The position numbers and the translations under genes are program-made. Of a stretch of DNA of 64,000 nt, positions 61,331-64,000 are shown piece by piece. Numbering within the stretch: the first letter of the stretch is position 1; each line of letters begins with the position of its first letter. The DNA is from Macrostomum lignano (taxonomy: Eukaryota). The stretch is from assembly GCA_002269645.1 (NCBI GenBank), contig NIVC01001948.1, positions 241,953 to 305,952 on the forward strand. Reading direction: 5' to 3'. A model generated the notes under the pieces. The model saw only the letters and a program-made list of their open reading frames with translations. It did no database searches and was not told the origin of the DNA.

Positions 61331-61887
61331 GGATATTTACGGATTTAGTGTAATTAGATGTTAACTGACTAGTGATCCTGTTCTAACCTTAGCGACAGAA
61401 ACGTTTTGCGTTAAAGATATTCATTTAAAACATCCGCATACGCGTAGACCCTCGCCTAAACGATGAATAAAAATATTTATTAAGATTTTGGTCTTTAGAA
61501 CTGAAACATTCATGAATTTTAGTAACCCTTCAAGACAGATTTCTTCGATAGCCTTCATAATGCATGTACTGTATATAATGATCTATAACAAGTTCTATAA
61601 CAAGATATTTTAGAACAGTTCTTGTACTGTTCTATAACAAGAAGTTATAGAATTGATTGATTAAACTTGTTTTTATTGATTTGCAGCTGTCTATCAAACA
61701 TTAAAAAGAAACAAAAATTAACGAAAAATCAATCAGTAAACGCGAAATAGCAAACAATTCAAAGATTTTGGAGCAAGGGGTGTTTGGATAATCATGTTGA
61801 GTCAGTGTAATATTTTAAACACGATTGAGAAGGTTAAATTGGATACATTAATCAATCACTCAATTAATCAATCAGTCAAGCAATATA

Positions 61888-62145
61888 TCAATCAATAAGA
61901 CGCGGCCTCAGATCACGTGATCCGCCCAGGTGCCGTCTTAAATATTCGTACAGCGCGCTCTGCAACGGCCGGTCGTTCAACGATTTCTCATCTTCTTCTT
62001 GGAGCGTCGAGTCGGCGTCGTGGATCTCGGAATCCTCGGCGTAGTCGGGTAGGTAGCGACCGTTCGCTGGAGCAGCCTGGTGATGCAGTAAGAGTAAGAT
62101 CAACAGAAATAGCTTGGTTAGCGAGCTGTATGGCTCTGAGTTCAT
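61888..62145 (-). CDS. Small secreted protein / neuropeptide-precursor candidate, 85 aa
   Basis: Hydrophobic signal (LFLLILLLLHHQAAPANG), acidic pro-region, dibasic RR before a C-terminal 14-mer; GC-rich ORF with an upstream acceptor and downstream AATAAA near 61670. Confidence 0.6.
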   Translation of the reverse strand: MNSEPYSSLTKLFLLILLLLHHQAAPANGRYLPDYAEDSEIHDADSTLQEEDEKSLNDRPLQSALYEYLRRHLGGSRDLRPRLID

Positions 62146-63140
62146 GCTTGCACTGACAATGACTGTTAGCTAAGTAATTTGCTTAGGTAACTTTATCCAG
62201 CTTGAAGGGCCAGCAAAGCCCGTAGCATTGTCTTGTTTATAGAGTTTTAAAACTCCCGGATGCTGTTTTTGTTCTCAAAATTATAATATCCGTCATTTTT
62301 CCGTCAAGATCAAACCAAAATTTGTTTTTTGACTGTGAGCTGAAAATATACATTAATTGTGGGGCTGGCACAATTACTCTATTGTCTGTATTGCGTCTGC
62401 CTGCCTGTTGTGGAGAAAGAGTTTCTTCGGAGAATAAAATATAATGGACAAAACATACCCTCAACTTATAGAGGTGAATAATTACCTTTCCAAGATGCAT
62501 TTCGAGTGGCAAGTTGACAAGATTTGAGATGCGATAAGGTAAACTTGGCTATGCTCAAAGAGTTTTGCATTTCTTTAGTATCTTAGACAGACAGCAAACA
62601 CATTTGCTATATGCATATTAAGGATTTCGACAATATTTCGGCAAGCTGGCAGATATTTTTGTTTCAGAATTTGCTAATTCACTCTTTCATAGATATACAC
62701 AAAGCGCTCGTATCCACACTTAGTTGAATCACCGACTGAAGGAACAGAGGTATAGCTTAGTTCACCTAAGCTCACTAGAAGAGCAGAAACTGCTGCAGAT
62801 AAACATCTCGATGAAACATCTGTTATAGAAGTGTTCATTCACTGCTATGACGGATGTGGGAATGAATAACTGTACAAGTGAGCAAATATATGGCATTTTA
62901 TAAGCCAATTGATGCTAGCAGTTTGACAAGCACTAAGGGACGACTTTTTGGCACTCTATGGTTCAACCCTGGGGCTTCGGAGCTACCAATTTAATAAACG
63001 GAGCATATAAAGTGCAAAATGCTATGTATACAAATTCGCTGCATGACTCACGGAGATCAATTGCTCAAATCCCTCAAAGTCTGATTTAAGCTGAGTAAAA
63101 AGCAACAGTTTGCGAGAATCCACGACAGGAGGGACGTCAG

Positions 63141-63978
63141 ATGCCGATCAATTATGACAACGTTTTTACGGACGTCGACTTGGCCGATTCGGCCGAGTTT
63201 CTGTCGCGTCTAATTGAAGTTGAGCAATGCACAGAATTCGAAGACGAGCTTCAGGACGAGGCGGAGGACGATGAAGAAGAGAATCCTGCAGCTGAGAAGG
63301 GCGGCCGCACAGCGTCAGGCCTATCCGGATTCAGACAGTGGCTCACGCGCACCAAGCAGCTCGTCGGCGAGCGTCCCGCCTCCTGCAGGCGGTCGATTCG
63401 ATGCACGCGCCAAGGGACCAGCGCAACCATCTGGCCGACATGATTCGGCTCAACCTGCTGCTCGAGTGCAACAGCGCCATCGGATTCAACGCCGATGGAA
63501 CTTTGCGCAACACGGAGGCGGCAGCCAGCGTTACACCCTTTGAAGACGACTTGGACGATGAAGACTCTGATAAAGATTCTGAGCATGTACGCGACGATGC
63601 CGAAGTACTCATGACCAAGGAACGCGTGCTGTCCAGCACATCGTCTGGCAGTCAACAGTTTGATCATCGTCACCATTCTGATTTGATTGGCTCCGTCGTG
63701 TCCGCGGTGGTGGCCCCTGACTGGTTGAAATGGCAGTCCGAATGGCTGCTCCTGTGACGTCCACCGCCGCCAGTCTGATGATCAGCGTGGCTGTTTTTGC
63801 CAGAGCCGGCCGGAGCGGAGGTCCATTGCCGCCTACCGCGAAATGGGCAAAGAGTTGCAGAGTAACCGGATCATGCTCAGTACCATTAAGCATGGATGAA
63901 CGCCCGGGGAAGTATGACCTGCGCGACCTCGACGAGATGACGTCTTTATATAAAGTGTTACCATCAAACCTCAGGTGA
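63141..63978 (+). pseudogene. Frameshifted coding-like locus of unknown family
   Basis: Protein-like codon usage moves from frame 63141-63443 to frame 63338-63757 and then to further frames near 63730; no family recognised. Confidence 0.45.
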
Positions 63979-64000
63979 CATCGATCGTGTCTAAAAGACG

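Noticed and set aside
63380-63443. Antizyme-type +1 or classical -1 programmed frameshift signal
   Set aside because: There is no UCC UGA site, no X XXY YYZ heptamer in the overlap, and no antizyme similarity.

Overview
Eukaryotic (animal) genomic DNA, most likely a free-living flatworm such as Macrostomum. That assignment is inferred from GC-rich exons in AT-rich spacers, nearly every long intron being filled by its own minisatellite, and splice-acceptor-like AGs just upstream of start codons. Genes in order: DNAJB11/ERdj3 (-, 3' end runs off the window), DCXR (+), ANKRD63-like (-), VPS9D1 (-), RPL13 (-), RPL36 (+), N-acetylneuraminate lyase-like (+), a 9-exon ~1475-aa NuMA orthologue (-), an 85-aa secreted-peptide candidate (-), and a frameshifted coding-like locus at the right end (+). 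Exon phases were checked by hand and close for all spliced models. Mobile DNA: a hAT MITE (8-bp TSD), a Mutator-like element (10-bp TSD), an IS630/Tc1 derivative, a Merlin derivative (8-bp TSD), two tRNA/CORE-like SINEs, LINE scraps, and a Penelope-like fragment with a minimal hammerhead ribozyme. Main leads: (1) VPS9D1 has no convincing genomic ATG but a phase-0 acceptor just downstream of RPL13, fitting an operon in which the spliced-leader AUG is the start codon; (2) a sequence-recognisable NuMA with an LGN-binding-like motif; (3) a hammerhead-bearing Penelope insertion lying between two copies of the NuMA exon-8 end and its donor; (4) a 15-copy VNTR of the NuMA acceptor/ATG cassette. No CRISPR arrays, rRNA or genuine tRNA genes were seen. 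All homology calls are from recalled sequences, not database searches.
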